From positions 1 to 64,000 of the IMG/VR virus record IMGVR_UViG_3300042922_000886: DNA of 64,000 nt; one strand, given 5' to 3'. Of this stretch, positions 39,807 to 51,030 are shown in pieces (the stretch's first letter is position 1; each line of letters begins with the position of its first letter). Made by a program: the position numbers and the translations under genes. Under the pieces are notes generated by a model, which was not told the origin of the DNA, ran no database searches, and saw nothing but the letters and a program-made list of their open reading frames with translations. This DNA comes from an uncultured virus (IMG/VR IMGVR_UViG_3300042922_000886). Taxonomy: Duplodnaviria; Heunggongvirae; Uroviricota; Caudoviricetes.

Positions 39807-41198
39807 GTGCGAATGATGAAAAATACTGAATTAAAACCGTTCATTATCAATTTTGCTGAAGGTTATCAAAACGTAATGGGAAATCGCGTATCATCCATCC
39901 ATTCTGAAGGCAATACAATCTATATTCGCTTTTTAATCAATGCAAACAAAGCAGAATACTCACTCGATATGATTCGTGTATTTTGCAATGTCGCCTATAA
40001 CATCGAAACGGCTAAAGTTTCCATTGTAACCGAAAATGGTAAAGGTTCGCGCAAGTTTAATTCCTACGTTAAACACGAATGCGAACTACTAACAAAATTG
40101 TTTGTCGAAGAGGCAACAAAGAAACTGAACCTTGAAATCAAACAACAAAATAGTGACTATTACGATTCTTGTCATGTTGAATTGTTATCTTTAATCAATA
40201 ATGATTCATCAAAAAAGAATGTATGTTTCGAGTACATTAACAAAGTCCAAGAACTATACGTGAGCGGTGCAAATGTCGACGAAATGTCTGCATTGTTCGA
40301 AATGGTTAAAATCGAAATGTTAAATGATACTCGCCTTTTCCCTGTTGTTCTTGAATCTCCAACTAGAACCATAACAGAAACGGTACAGGATACCGGGCAA
40401 ACTTTTACCGCTTTTAATCGTTCCTTCCCTTCTTACAATCAAGCGTATAACTTTTGTATCTCTTCGGACTTCGATCCAGCATACATAATTCCATCTGCTG
40501 TTGACTCAATAACAGAAACCGCCATAACAGACGGTCAAATATCGAACGGACTAAAACTCGACTTACAACTATTCGGCAATGCTCCTACCTCTGTATACAT
40601 TCCTGAAGGCGTTCATAAATGGGGAATAGGTAAATATCTTCACCTACTTTACATTGTCGAGACTACGAAAACAAATAAAGAAGTCGAATCAATGAATTAT
40701 TCAAATGCGCATCAATACGAGCATAGAAGCATTCAGTCAGCTATGAATCATATGCTCACTATGCAGCGGAATGGATGGCATAACATCAATTTGAATGTGC
40801 AGGTATACAACAGAGAACAAATTATAGTTGAGGATATTGCATACGATACCCAATTTGTAAGCACGACAGAACAGGATACTAAACAGGAAAATAGACAACT
40901 AATGGAACAAATCAGGTGTATGACAATCGAAAATGAAACATATAAAGGATTCATTTCTAAGTACAATGCGAAAAAGACGTTTGAAGCATATACAAATGAA
41001 CAGCAGAGCATAAACAAAGATGATAACGGCTTGTACTGGTACGAAATGTTATACTGTCCATTGTCTCCATTTTGCCAACCAAAAGGACATATTGCCTATG
41101 ACGACACAATAGGAAAACACGGCATAATTGCATATAACAGACCGTTAACAGATAGCGAATTAATTGAATATGAATTAATTAAATGGAAAATTGTATGA
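39807..41198 (+). CDS. Multidomain protein with DarA_C-like C-terminal domain
   Basis: C-terminus YEMLYCPLSPFCQPKG...HGIIAYNRPLTDSELIEYEL. Confidence 0.6.
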   Translation: MRMMKNTELKPFIINFAEGYQNVMGNRVSSIHSEGNTIYIRFLINANKAEYSLDMIRVFCNVAYNIETAKVSIVTENGKGSRKFNSYVKHECELLTKLFVEEATKKLNLEIKQQNSDYYDSCHVELLSLINNDSSKKNVCFEYINKVQELYVSGANVDEMSALFEMVKIEMLNDTRLFPVVLESPTRTITETVQDTGQTFTAFNRSFPSYNQAYNFCISSDFDPAYIIPSAVDSITETAITDGQISNGLKLDLQLFGNAPTSVYIPEGVHKWGIGKYLHLLYIVETTKTNKEVESMNYSNAHQYEHRSIQSAMNHMLTMQRNGWHNINLNVQVYNREQIIVEDIAYDTQFVSTTEQDTKQENRQLMEQIRCMTIENETYKGFISKYNAKKTFEAYTNEQQSINKDDNGLYWYEMLYCPLSPFCQPKGHIAYDDTIGKHGIIAYNRPLTDSELIEYELIKWKIV

Positions 41199-41354
41199 TA
41201 CGTTCTTTATATGTCCATATTCAAAAATTAATCAAGTGGTACATTGCCCTAGAGGAAACCGAAACTGTCTAATAAGCCTATAACAGCACTCGATTTTTAT
41301 TACCAGCATTTTATATAATAACGCTCATGAAATGGATCTGAAAGGATCAATCTT

Positions 41355-41519
41355 ATGTACCTACAAATTCATTACGGATGGTATTATAAAATAACTTCGA
41401 CTTGGTGCTACTGGGTAGAATCAAAAGAAAAGGCTACAAAGTTTGATACAGCTGAAGCAGCCGATAAAGCACATAATTTTCATTTTAACTTTAATAAAGC
41501 AATTAAGGTTACCGAATAA
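41355..41519 (+). CDS. Small hypothetical protein, 54 aa
   Basis: Manual translation MYLQIHYGWYY...; AAAGGA RBS. Confidence 0.5.
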   Translation: MYLQIHYGWYYKITSTWCYWVESKEKATKFDTAEAADKAHNFHFNFNKAIKVTE

Positions 41520-41546
41520 ACCTTTTTATTAAATGGGGGATTACAT

Positions 41547-41981
41547 ATGCTTTATATCGAAACGAAATATAAAACGATTCATGGGAAGCCGGTTTACGCT
41601 CACATGCAACATGAGGATGATTCGAATTATCGTTTTGTCACTCTGAAAACGAAACGTCAACTTGTGAAGGAACAAAAAGAATTAACATTAAGCGTTCGCC
41701 TTATTCCTCATAACTACATTGATCCAATTGAATGCCCTAAGCTGTTCGAAGAGTCACCATTACATTTTAGCTCCTTCATTTCCTCTATGCTTCGTATTTG
41801 CAAATGGTTAATGCCTTATTATGTCGGTTACATCAAAGACGGCCATGACAGCCGTAGAGCCTTTGATAAAGCGGTTATAAATTATGAGGAATGCCACAAC
41901 GTAACATTAGACGGTTTATGGTATCATCATGCATTCGATATTGTTTCAGCAGCAGCGAAAGGATTGGAGGGAATCGCATGA
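41547..41981 (+). CDS. Hypothetical protein
   Basis: ORF with GGGGG RBS. Confidence 0.6.
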   Translation: MLYIETKYKTIHGKPVYAHMQHEDDSNYRFVTLKTKRQLVKEQKELTLSVRLIPHNYIDPIECPKLFEESPLHFSSFISSMLRICKWLMPYYVGYIKDGHDSRRAFDKAVINYEECHNVTLDGLWYHHAFDIVSAAAKGLEGIA

Positions 41982-42142
41982 TTTGTCCAAAGTGCAATAT
42001 AAAAATGAAACCTAAAACTGATAAAGAATTAAATGAAAAATATTATGATTGTGAGCAATGCGGATTTAATATTTTAAGATCCATTGCAAAAATGAAAATT
42101 CACAAGGAGACTGAAAGAATAATTAAATACAGTATTCAATAA
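41978..42142 (+). CDS. Small Zn-ribbon protein
   Basis: MICPKC...CEQCG; GGAGG RBS. Confidence 0.6.
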   Translation: MICPKCNIKMKPKTDKELNEKYYDCEQCGFNILRSIAKMKIHKETERIIKYSIQ

Positions 42143-42175
42143 AATGAAAGTTTGAATTCATAGGAGGGAAAATAA

Positions 42176-42436
42176 ATGACTTATGAAGAAGCCAAAGCAC
42201 ACAAACTAATATTAGAGAAAAAGAATAATACTGATTCTAGCGCGCTGCAATTCTTCGAAAGAAACGCTATGGGATTAATACCGGATCATGTTAGAGAAAC
42301 GCCAGAATGGAAAAGTGCTAAAAAGGCTTTTGATAGTTCTTTTGCCGAACTAAGAAACTTTAACGGATGGTTTGTTAAAATGTTTAAAAAAGAAATTTCT
42401 GCCGATAGAAATTATAAACGATACGTGAGCAAATAA
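42176..42436 (+). CDS. Hypothetical protein
   Basis: GGAGG RBS; MGLIPDHVR...W...F..LRNFN. Confidence 0.7.
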   Translation: MTYEEAKAHKLILEKKNNTDSSALQFFERNAMGLIPDHVRETPEWKSAKKAFDSSFAELRNFNGWFVKMFKKEISADRNYKRYVSK

Positions 42437-42466
42437 AATTTTAATTTTATCATCCAAAATAAAGGA

Positions 42467-42721
42467 GTGTTTACCATTTCGCTATCATACAAAATCAAAT
42501 TGTTGTCACAAGAAGAAAAAAGTAAATTTATTAGCATGTTAGATAAATGTTTAAAACTCCAATCTTTTTGGGTTAAATGTTTACTTGATACTAATAAAAC
42601 AAATGAACAATGTGACTTTGCATTAAATAAATTATATTCAATAGAGCAAGAGTTCAGAAACCGATTTAATTATTTGGGTTTGGATAGTTTCAGATTAAAC
42701 GATAATAAACTGTGCCTATAA
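42467..42721 (+). CDS. Hypothetical protein
   Basis: ORF bounded by repeat sites. Confidence 0.5.
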   Translation: MFTISLSYKIKLLSQEEKSKFISMLDKCLKLQSFWVKCLLDTNKTNEQCDFALNKLYSIEQEFRNRFNYLGLDSFRLNDNKLCL

Positions 42722-42987
42722 AATGTTACTTTTATTCCTTAAAGGATCGGCAGCCATGCCGGTTTTTGTTTGTGTCTAAGCGTCTATATTCGCTTTATCA
42801 TTGCTTATCCAGAATTTAAGTATATCCCTATGATTGAACCTAGAAACGTCTTACATTGGGTTTGTGGCGTTCTCAGCTCATATAAAATAAACATAAACAA
42901 TAGTAAATAAAACATTTGTTTATCTATTCTTAGTATGATAATATTAATTTTAGGGATTCTATTCGCCCTAACATTAAATAAAATGGA

Positions 42988-43638
42988 GTGGTTTTTATTA
43001 AAAAGTGTTCTGATTGTAATAAAGAAAAACCTTTAAATGAGTATTATTTCAACTTTATTAAAAAGAAAAATGGGGAAGTTAAAATTTCGTATCATCCCAG
43101 ATGTAGAGCGTGTTCGGTAATTCGTAATTCTGAATACCGAATAAAAAATGACAACAGAGAGAAAAGATTGGTGACACAAAAGCAATATAATAAACGTGAA
43201 GAAACTAAAGAATATCAAAATAAAATGAGGAGAGATGGATATAGAAAAGAATATTTAAGCGAGTATAGGAAAAGTAATCCTAATAAAATTAAAGAATATA
43301 ATAAGAAGTACTCAAACAAAAAGCATAAAATCACTATGAAAGAATGGGATGCCTGTCGTTTATATTTTGACTATAGGTGTGCATATTGCGGCAAAACTTG
43401 GGAGCAGAATAAAAAAGAAACAAGAAAAGATTTACATCAAGAACATGCATATGATGACGGTGCGAATGATCTAAGTAATTGTATTCCATCATGTCAAAGT
43501 TGCAACAGTTCAAAACGTGAAAATGATTATATAGAGTGGTATTCGATTAATAACCCTTTGTTTAAGCAGGAAAGAATAGAGAAAATAGATAAATGGTTAA
43601 TTGAGGAATATAAGAGATATATTGAATTCATCCAATAA
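42988..43638 (+). CDS. HNH endonuclease with N-terminal Zn finger
   Basis: CAYCG...QEH...GANDLSNCIPSCQSCNSSK. Confidence 0.85.
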   Translation: MVFIKKCSDCNKEKPLNEYYFNFIKKKNGEVKISYHPRCRACSVIRNSEYRIKNDNREKRLVTQKQYNKREETKEYQNKMRRDGYRKEYLSEYRKSNPNKIKEYNKKYSNKKHKITMKEWDACRLYFDYRCAYCGKTWEQNKKETRKDLHQEHAYDDGANDLSNCIPSCQSCNSSKRENDYIEWYSINNPLFKQERIEKIDKWLIEEYKRYIEFIQ

Positions 43639-43695
43639 ATTACTGTTTTCATTCACCTATTTAAACTATAATCACAGTAAAGGAGTGAGTACATT

Positions 43696-43914
43696 ATGAA
43701 TCAAATCACGAGTTTTTTAATCTATACGCAATACGGATTAGTTAATATCGTACATTCTCTAGAGGAATTGCAGCAGATTGAAAAAATAAATTGGATAAAG
43801 GTCGAGATATGGAAATTTGGAACACGTCAAAATGTTATCGAAAAATGGAACGGCTACGATAAACTAATGGAATATGCAATCTTTTATTTCAAATTGATTC
43901 AGCCTAACAAATGA
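43696..43914 (+). CDS. Hypothetical protein
   Basis: AAGGAG RBS. Confidence 0.55.
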   Translation: MNQITSFLIYTQYGLVNIVHSLEELQQIEKINWIKVEIWKFGTRQNVIEKWNGYDKLMEYAIFYFKLIQPNK

Positions 43915-44010
43915 AAACTGGATTTTATCAATATGAATAAAATAAATGTTTGTAATAAAATAAATGTATGATATAATGTATTTAGACGAAAGAAGAAAGG
44001 GGCGATGTAA

Positions 44011-44205
44011 ATGATTATCATACAAGGTGCATACACCATTATGGCAGCAAACATAGCAACGGGAGAAACTGTACAGCATGACATGATTCTTCCTCTAGAC
44101 GTAACCACTATTCAACTTAAAAGGTTTTGTCGTCAAAAGTTTACCCGATTTATTGAGATAACAGATTTTGAACCAATACAAATGGAATTGAGCGGTGATA
44201 GATGA
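44011..44205 (+). CDS. Hypothetical protein
   Basis: Follows the promoter at 43950-43977. Confidence 0.55.
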   Translation: MIIIQGAYTIMAANIATGETVQHDMILPLDVTTIQLKRFCRQKFTRFIEITDFEPIQMELSGDR

Positions 44206-44300
44206 TAAGTAGATTAACTCGTTCGAGCGAGTATAAAAAGGCCACTAGGCTCGAAGCGTTCCCCTGTAATGGGGAGGAGGCAAGATAAATAATACATAGT

Positions 44301-47102
44301 ATGGAGGCGTTCCAAATGCACTATATTTACAAACGGGAAGCAAAGGTAATGATTGCTCATGCACTCGAAAAAAACGGATGGAAAGTTTACGGCTATCACG
44401 AAGACCAATCCGACAGCATGACCGACTATTATCACCCGGCCTCGTGGGATGGAATCGCTACAAAGAACGGTCATACACTCGTTATTGATAATTCCAATAC
44501 ATACTATTCCGGTTATGAAGTAAAGAAATATAACTATTCTGCACGTAAAGCTGTTGTAAATAACAATAACAAGATTGAAAAACTTCGTGCACTCGCTAAT
44601 GATGAAGGAGCGACAGAAGGAGAAAAGGCGGCAGCACGTGAAGGAATCGAGCGCCTAACAGGTAAAGAAGCAAATGACGAACCTACATGGACAGTCATCG
44701 GCACTTACCCAACGTTTGCCCACGGTAATCCGGGTAAATGTTCATGGCACATAGAAAAAGACGGTCAAATATTGGCTAAAGGAACCGGCGTGTTTGCTTG
44801 CAATGAGTATGATTGGGAGGACAAGACAAAAACAGCAGCAGAACAGAAACAGGAAAAAGTTACAGATATTATTGCTCGATTTGAAAAGGTATTAGGGGAT
44901 TCTGATGCACTGCAAGCCGAAGTAATTAAAGTTGAAAAGAAAATTATTAAACATGTAGAAATTGAAAAGACAAGTGTAACAGAAAGTGAAATTACCGAAT
45001 GTTTTACTTTTATTATGAAGATTGATTACACGGGAGGTAATTGGAAGGGCAATAAATGGCAGATGGTTAGAAGATATGACAGCGAGAAAAGCGGAGCGAA
45101 CTTTATATTTCAGCGCTTAGGTAAGCGCGGCAAGCCTGTTAATGGTGATTGGTGGTTAAGTGTTGAAAAACTTAATAAGATTCTTTCCAAAGGACACATT
45201 GCAATTGTAGAAATGCAAGAGGTTACAGAATACGAAGAAAAGACCGTATTTAAGAAAACTGGACGCAAGCAGCCTCAAGCAAACTTTGACAATGACGCTT
45301 TACCGGGAGATGTTGAGGAGGAAACAACAGAAGAAACTACACAGGAGTCCGCACAAGCAAAGAAACAAACTGTAAAGCATGAAACAGTATCCGACAACGA
45401 TCAAGCGACTAAAAAGCAACTATGGGCGCTACACTGTGCAACAAAGTTAAACACGACTAACCTTTTTATTACAAAAACTAAAGCGTCCGAGTTAATCAGC
45501 AAATCGAAAGCCGGTACAGATATAACGGACGAAGTGAAAGCATTATTAGGTATTGTAGACGCTCCAGAAGTGAAAGAGGAGTCGATAAAAGTAAATGCAC
45601 AAGAGAGTCAACAGAACGACGAAGATCCTGCAGATTGGATCTTAGACTATGCCACAAGTATTATAATGGATGATAATACGGATTCGGTTAAGAAACCGGA
45701 AACGGAGGAAGAAAAAGCAGATTTTAGAAACAAAATAATTGAGTATGTGAAGTACAAAGGAGATTCTGTTACCCAATCTCTTATCAATCATTTTATCTCA
45801 TTAGGTTCTGGCGTAACCATCTTGTTAATTGTAGAGGCTTTGCAATCATTGAACGGTTCCCATAACAGCATAGACGAATTAAAGCAGGATGATTATACAT
45901 TCAATATCGATTCGTCATATCTGTACCACGATATACATTTCAAAGCATGGAACATGGAAATAGAACAAATTGAGCCGTATTTGAATGTTCGGGAAATACC
46001 ATTTTACATTGCTGGTGATAAGTTTATATGTAAAGGTTTGACTATTGAACAAGTACAATTTATCGAAGGTTTGAACGCATCCAATCAGGCGATATTGTTT
46101 TATGATGATAAATACAACGAAAAGCCCAATAACAGCACCAGAACAGAAGAGCTTGAGAATCAGAATGAAAACACAATTTTATCATCCGATAACATTATAT
46201 ATCATAACTTTACCAGCAACCAAACCAATAAAGAGGAGACTGAAAACGAATATATGATTGACGATGACTTTTTAAGCAAATTTGATAATGTCGAAGTAAC
46301 AAATGAGTCAAAGATTGCCGCTGATGACTTGGAATTCTGTAAGGAACAAGAAGACATTTATAAAAAACTTATTTCAACGTATAACAGTTTTAGTAGTCAA
46401 TTGCAGGACATTTCAAAATTAACTAAATCCATTAGTGAAAATTATACTTATACTAATAATGGATATACGCATAGACACGATACAGCATACTCTAGCAGCT
46501 TTTCACAAAGCGATATTAATGAAAAAATTAATAAAATGAAAGATCGCTTTATTAGCACAATCTGCTATTACTTTGAAAGAAAATACAATATAACAATTCA
46601 AGAAGAGAAAATACAGAAAAAATATAAAGAATCCGTAACACTAGAAAACATTTTAGATGAAATACATATACAGTTAGAAGGATTCAATTTCACTGAGAAA
46701 GCAGAAAAAGAAATCAAGGACAAATCAAAAGAAATTGTAAGAAATAGTGATAAAATTACAATTAAAAACAACAAATTAATAATTGATGCTTGGTTTTCTC
46801 GCCTTGATTCAATTTGGAAAGAGTATAGAACTAACGGAGAAAGACTTACCAATATTTTTAATGCTCTCCAGCACTTCGAAAATGGGCAAATAAAAGGCAA
46901 TGAGGAACTAACTAAGAAATATATTGGCTATGATAACGAACGCAGCCAGTCAAACTATGAACGTTATGAACCGACAACATTAAGTAAAGTTGCTTCGATC
47001 AAAATTTTGAAAAATGGAAAACTTGAAATTGAATTTAAATCAAATCAACAGGCTACACAATTTGCAAAGGTTTATTGCGGATACAATCAAAAATCAGCAT
47101 AA
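44301..47102 (+). CDS. Large multidomain (polyvalent-type) protein
   Basis: 933 aa; SDSMTDYYHPASW motif, DUF2786-like KIEKLRALANDEGATEGEKAAA, ATKKQLWAL motif, acidic linkers. Confidence 0.65.
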   Translation: MEAFQMHYIYKREAKVMIAHALEKNGWKVYGYHEDQSDSMTDYYHPASWDGIATKNGHTLVIDNSNTYYSGYEVKKYNYSARKAVVNNNNKIEKLRALANDEGATEGEKAAAREGIERLTGKEANDEPTWTVIGTYPTFAHGNPGKCSWHIEKDGQILAKGTGVFACNEYDWEDKTKTAAEQKQEKVTDIIARFEKVLGDSDALQAEVIKVEKKIIKHVEIEKTSVTESEITECFTFIMKIDYTGGNWKGNKWQMVRRYDSEKSGANFIFQRLGKRGKPVNGDWWLSVEKLNKILSKGHIAIVEMQEVTEYEEKTVFKKTGRKQPQANFDNDALPGDVEEETTEETTQESAQAKKQTVKHETVSDNDQATKKQLWALHCATKLNTTNLFITKTKASELISKSKAGTDITDEVKALLGIVDAPEVKEESIKVNAQESQQNDEDPADWILDYATSIIMDDNTDSVKKPETEEEKADFRNKIIEYVKYKGDSVTQSLINHFISLGSGVTILLIVEALQSLNGSHNSIDELKQDDYTFNIDSSYLYHDIHFKAWNMEIEQIEPYLNVREIPFYIAGDKFICKGLTIEQVQFIEGLNASNQAILFYDDKYNEKPNNSTRTEELENQNENTILSSDNIIYHNFTSNQTNKEETENEYMIDDDFLSKFDNVEVTNESKIAADDLEFCKEQEDIYKKLISTYNSFSSQLQDISKLTKSISENYTYTNNGYTHRHDTAYSSSFSQSDINEKINKMKDRFISTICYYFERKYNITIQEEKIQKKYKESVTLENILDEIHIQLEGFNFTEKAEKEIKDKSKEIVRNSDKITIKNNKLIIDAWFSRLDSIWKEYRTNGERLTNIFNALQHFENGQIKGNEELTKKYIGYDNERSQSNYERYEPTTLSKVASIKILKNGKLEIEFKSNQQATQFAKVYCGYNQKSA

Positions 47103-47162
47103 CAGGAGCATAAAAAAGGAGCCAGCGTTTTTATAAGTTGGCTCCTAGAAAGAAGGTTAATC

Positions 47163-50100
47163 ATGTATCAGATATCTAATACGGTCATACCACAAAATAA
47201 ACGCGAGACGCTAAACAACAAAATTTTGCATCTGATCGAGAATAACCTAACTCAAAAATATAACGTGACTCCCAGTGATGTCTACAACGGCTATACGGGT
47301 TTCGGTGGTTTGCATGGTCTGAACTACAACGATTTCAATTCATATCATGCATTCAGTGAAGCGAAAAAACAAATCGAACTAGGGGCATTCTATACGCCTC
47401 ATCATGTCTGCAAATTTCTTATAGAATGCTTGAAACCTTCTAGCCACGATCTAATAACAGACATGACATGTGGAATCGGAAACTTTTTTAACTGGCTTCC
47501 GAATCATTCTAATGTATATGGAAATGAAATTGACATTCGCGCTTACAAGGTGGCAAAATATCTTTACCCAAATATCAACATAACAGCGGATGACATTCGA
47601 AGCTGGTCACCTAGCGTTTCGCTCGATTTGGTTATCGGTAATCCCCCATATAATCTAAAATTTAAAGTAGGCAAAGACGAATACCTTTCACAACTATACT
47701 ACTGTCTAAAGTCTTATGACGTTCTCAAGCCTTCTGGACTTCTCGCTTTAATCCTTCCAGCATCATTCCTAGCAGATGATTTTAGCGACTCAGGCATGAT
47801 CAAAACAATCAACGATAAATTTAACTTTATATATCAGGCCGAATTACCTTCTAATGTGTTCAAGTCTGTATCTGTAGAAAATTATCGTACCAAAATTATG
47901 TTCTTTCAAAAGAAAAGCGAACAAATAGCAGCCGATAAACCATATTCCACAACTTTACCTATAACAGCCATTGATCAAAATAGCAGCGATTTTATTTATA
48001 ATACATATATCAAGCCAGTTATCGAACAAAAAGAAAAAGTTAAGCATAAATTGTTTTTTGAGCAATTACATAGTAACAGTGGTGACGTAGAATTTCAGGA
48101 GAAAGTAAAAAAGTATCTCTTTGATATCAAGCGCAATAAATATGTTAAAAATTACTATGCCAAAGCTACTGAGTACGTGAATAGATATCACACGCAGAAA
48201 CAACCTGAAGGAATGAAGTGGGATGAGTGGGAAAAGATCAGAATCAAAAAAGGAATGGTATTGTCATATCTTAAGAGAATCATCAAGAATCAACATAACA
48301 ATGAACGAGATGAGATACGGCTAATTAAAACAAATTTTTCAATCAAACTCAAGGGATACTCTCAGAAAAATAAAATATATCTATCCAAGTTTACCGGAAC
48401 AAAAGAAATATCATTCAATGATATGATCCTTAATGGCTCCTATCCATTTGAAGATGAAACATATAAATTTTTATATAACAGCAAACGTAAAAAGTTTCTA
48501 GTGCAATCAAAACCATTTAAGCAGATTAATGAAAATTCTAATATCAAATCATGGTTAGACAATTTCAGCCTGTACAATCAGGAAAAGAAAGAAACAATTC
48601 ACCTAAAGGATTTTCAAAAAGAGGATTTACAGAAGATCCTCCAGAAAGACAAAGCACTATTGGCTTGGAATGTCGGCCTCGGTAAAACAGAAGCGGGAAT
48701 CACATGGATGTCATACATCAACCAGCATAAACATGTTAAGAATACATTCATTGTTTCATCTAGTATTTCAATTAAAATGACATGGACTCAACGGCTATCG
48801 AACTATGGCATTAACTTTAAAAAAATAGAGTCACTAAAGGATATTAAAACTTTAACAAAAGGCGAGATTGTGCTAATCTCCTTTAGTATGCTTGTTAAGT
48901 ACCAGAAGCACTTAAAACATTACATCAAGAAGCAAGGAAGAAAACTAGCATTGATTCTCGATGAAAGTCACCGCTGTATCTATCCAAACACAAAGACAAC
49001 GAAAGCAGCCTTATCTGTATTTCAACGTGTACCGTATAAATTATTAGCTTCTGGAACGCCAACGAAAAACAATGCTAACGAATTGTATTTACAATTCATG
49101 ATCTTGTATGGAAGTAGCATCAATTTCTTATGTGAGTGTGAATATATATCTGTAGAAGACAAGAAAACCGGAGAATGGAAAGAGGTTCAGAATAAGTACT
49201 ACATGAAGCCATTCCCACAATATAATCAATCATTGTTTTCTGCTTGCTTCTCGCCAAAAAAAGCATCAGTTTTTGGAATTGAAAAAGGCAACCAAAATAT
49301 TTTAAACTCGGATAAGCTGATTAAACTAATTGAAAAAACAATTATAGTGCGTAGTATGTTCGAAGTGTTAAACAGAGATATGGTCGAGTTTAAGACTCAT
49401 CGTATAGAACAGAACGTGAACGAAAAAGAAGTGTATCGGCTAATCATGGAGGAGTTTCATTCTATGGTTAGGAATTACTATGGATCGACTGGAAACCACA
49501 GAAAAGATACTATGTTGCGGATCATCCAGCAAATTATGCTTCTTCAAAAAGCCGTAAGTATCCCACATAAACTAAAAGAGTACAACGGATACAAAGAGCC
49601 GAATAAATACAAGAAAATTGTAAATATAGTAAACACTGCTAAGAACGAAAAAGTAGCATTAGGTGTAACGTTTATTGATTCGGCTACTTACTACTATCAC
49701 AAGTTAAGAAGCGAGTTTCCAGATAGAAGGCTGTTCCAAATCCTTGGTGAAACACCATTCAAAAAACGCCAAGAGACTATTCAAGAGTTCGAGTCAACTA
49801 CAAATGGCATCCTTGTTTCGTCCCAACAATCACTCTCCGAGAGCGTCAATATCCCATCCTGTGACGTAGTAATATGCGAAGGTCTTCAATATAACATAGC
49901 CAACATTATGCAGTATGTGGGACGATTTACGCGCTTAAACAGCGAGAATAAGACGGTTATTCACTTTGTAACATATATAAACTCATTAGAACAGAATATT
50001 CTAGCTCTATTAATGGCAAAGCAACGCATAAATGAATTTATAAAACAATGTGAGTACAAAGAAGATGCTGTGATATTTGATGAATTTGGAATCAGTTTGG

Positions 50101-50183
50101 ATATTTTCAACAACATCATCACAAAAGAAAAAGACGAAAACGGTCTGACAAAATTGAAATGGGGAGAGCAGTCAATTGTCTAA
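47163..50183 (+). CDS. N6-adenine DNA methyltransferase-SNF2 helicase fusion (DarB-like)
   Basis: GAFYTP, DMTCGIGNF, GNPPY; VGLGKT, DESH, SGTP, QYVGRFTR. Confidence 0.88.
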   Translation: MYQISNTVIPQNKRETLNNKILHLIENNLTQKYNVTPSDVYNGYTGFGGLHGLNYNDFNSYHAFSEAKKQIELGAFYTPHHVCKFLIECLKPSSHDLITDMTCGIGNFFNWLPNHSNVYGNEIDIRAYKVAKYLYPNINITADDIRSWSPSVSLDLVIGNPPYNLKFKVGKDEYLSQLYYCLKSYDVLKPSGLLALILPASFLADDFSDSGMIKTINDKFNFIYQAELPSNVFKSVSVENYRTKIMFFQKKSEQIAADKPYSTTLPITAIDQNSSDFIYNTYIKPVIEQKEKVKHKLFFEQLHSNSGDVEFQEKVKKYLFDIKRNKYVKNYYAKATEYVNRYHTQKQPEGMKWDEWEKIRIKKGMVLSYLKRIIKNQHNNERDEIRLIKTNFSIKLKGYSQKNKIYLSKFTGTKEISFNDMILNGSYPFEDETYKFLYNSKRKKFLVQSKPFKQINENSNIKSWLDNFSLYNQEKKETIHLKDFQKEDLQKILQKDKALLAWNVGLGKTEAGITWMSYINQHKHVKNTFIVSSSISIKMTWTQRLSNYGINFKKIESLKDIKTLTKGEIVLISFSMLVKYQKHLKHYIKKQGRKLALILDESHRCIYPNTKTTKAALSVFQRVPYKLLASGTPTKNNANELYLQFMILYGSSINFLCECEYISVEDKKTGEWKEVQNKYYMKPFPQYNQSLFSACFSPKKASVFGIEKGNQNILNSDKLIKLIEKTIIVRSMFEVLNRDMVEFKTHRIEQNVNEKEVYRLIMEEFHSMVRNYYGSTGNHRKDTMLRIIQQIMLLQKAVSIPHKLKEYNGYKEPNKYKKIVNIVNTAKNEKVALGVTFIDSATYYYHKLRSEFPDRRLFQILGETPFKKRQETIQEFESTTNGILVSSQQSLSESVNIPSCDVVICEGLQYNIANIMQYVGRFTRLNSENKTVIHFVTYINSLEQNILALLMAKQRINEFIKQCEYKEDAVIFDEFGISLDIFNNIITKEKDENGLTKLKWGEQSIV

Positions 50184-50410
50184 GGGAGAATCGAATATTC
50201 TCCCTAAAATAAAACTTGATTTTTATAAAGTAAAAGTATATAAATAAAATTAACAAGTAAACCAATTGCAGAAATTTTAAGGGAGGAATACAAAAATGTT
50301 CAAAAGCGGAAAAAGGATTAACGGCAAGTTGTATGTGCGAACCCATAAGGGAAATCTAATTGAATTATCGCTGCTAATTATATAAGTAAAAACATAATAT
50401 AAAAGGGGTT

Positions 50411-50809
50411 TTGTTTATAATGACTGAACAATTGGTAATGGACATAACAAATGATCTGAAAGCAACTGGCAACTTTAAACAGTACAACATTTCCGACATA
50501 AACAAGCACTATCTTGATTCGTTTCAAAAAGGAAAATACCCGGATCTTTTGACTGATAAAAAGCAACGAATGAGTTTTAACCAATACCGATGCACCGTGA
50601 ACAATTTTCTCGAATCGCTTTCTAAAGACGTTGCAATGGTTAAACGTGAGGATATTGATAACTTTCTTGCCCTGATCCCGAATGAGACGACAAGAGGCAA
50701 CAAAGCAGCTCACATAAAAAGCTTCCTTGTATATCTCATATCTAACAATGTTAAGAATTGCACGAGCAAGATAAGTCGGGACTTGTTGATAAAACTTTTG
50801 GAGATGTAG
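50411..50809 (+). CDS. Stand-alone integrase core-binding (SAM-like) domain protein
   Basis: YRCTVNNFL...VKREDIDNFL...NETTRGNKAAHIKSFLVYL; no catalytic domain. Confidence 0.6.
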   Translation: MFIMTEQLVMDITNDLKATGNFKQYNISDINKHYLDSFQKGKYPDLLTDKKQRMSFNQYRCTVNNFLESLSKDVAMVKREDIDNFLALIPNETTRGNKAAHIKSFLVYLISNNVKNCTSKISRDLLIKLLEM

Positions 50810-50877
50810 TAACTAAACATGATCCAATGAAATCAGAATTTTATTTGGAGTAAAAAATAAAAAATGGAGTGATAACA

Positions 50878-51024
50878 ATGAAAACAAAAGAAGAATTATT
50901 AAAGTATTATGAAAAGCAACTAGAAAAGGTAACTAACACCTACAAAGATGATCATAGAAAAGAAGAATACATCAAACAAGCAGAGGAAAATTTAGAGGCA
51001 GTAAAGAACGGGAGAGAGTGGTAA
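50878..51024 (+). CDS. Small hypothetical protein, 48 aa
   Basis: Manual translation MKTKEELLKYY...; GGAGTG RBS. Confidence 0.55.
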   Translation: MKTKEELLKYYEKQLEKVTNTYKDDHRKEEYIKQAEENLEAVKNGREW

Positions 51025-51030
51025 TTAATT

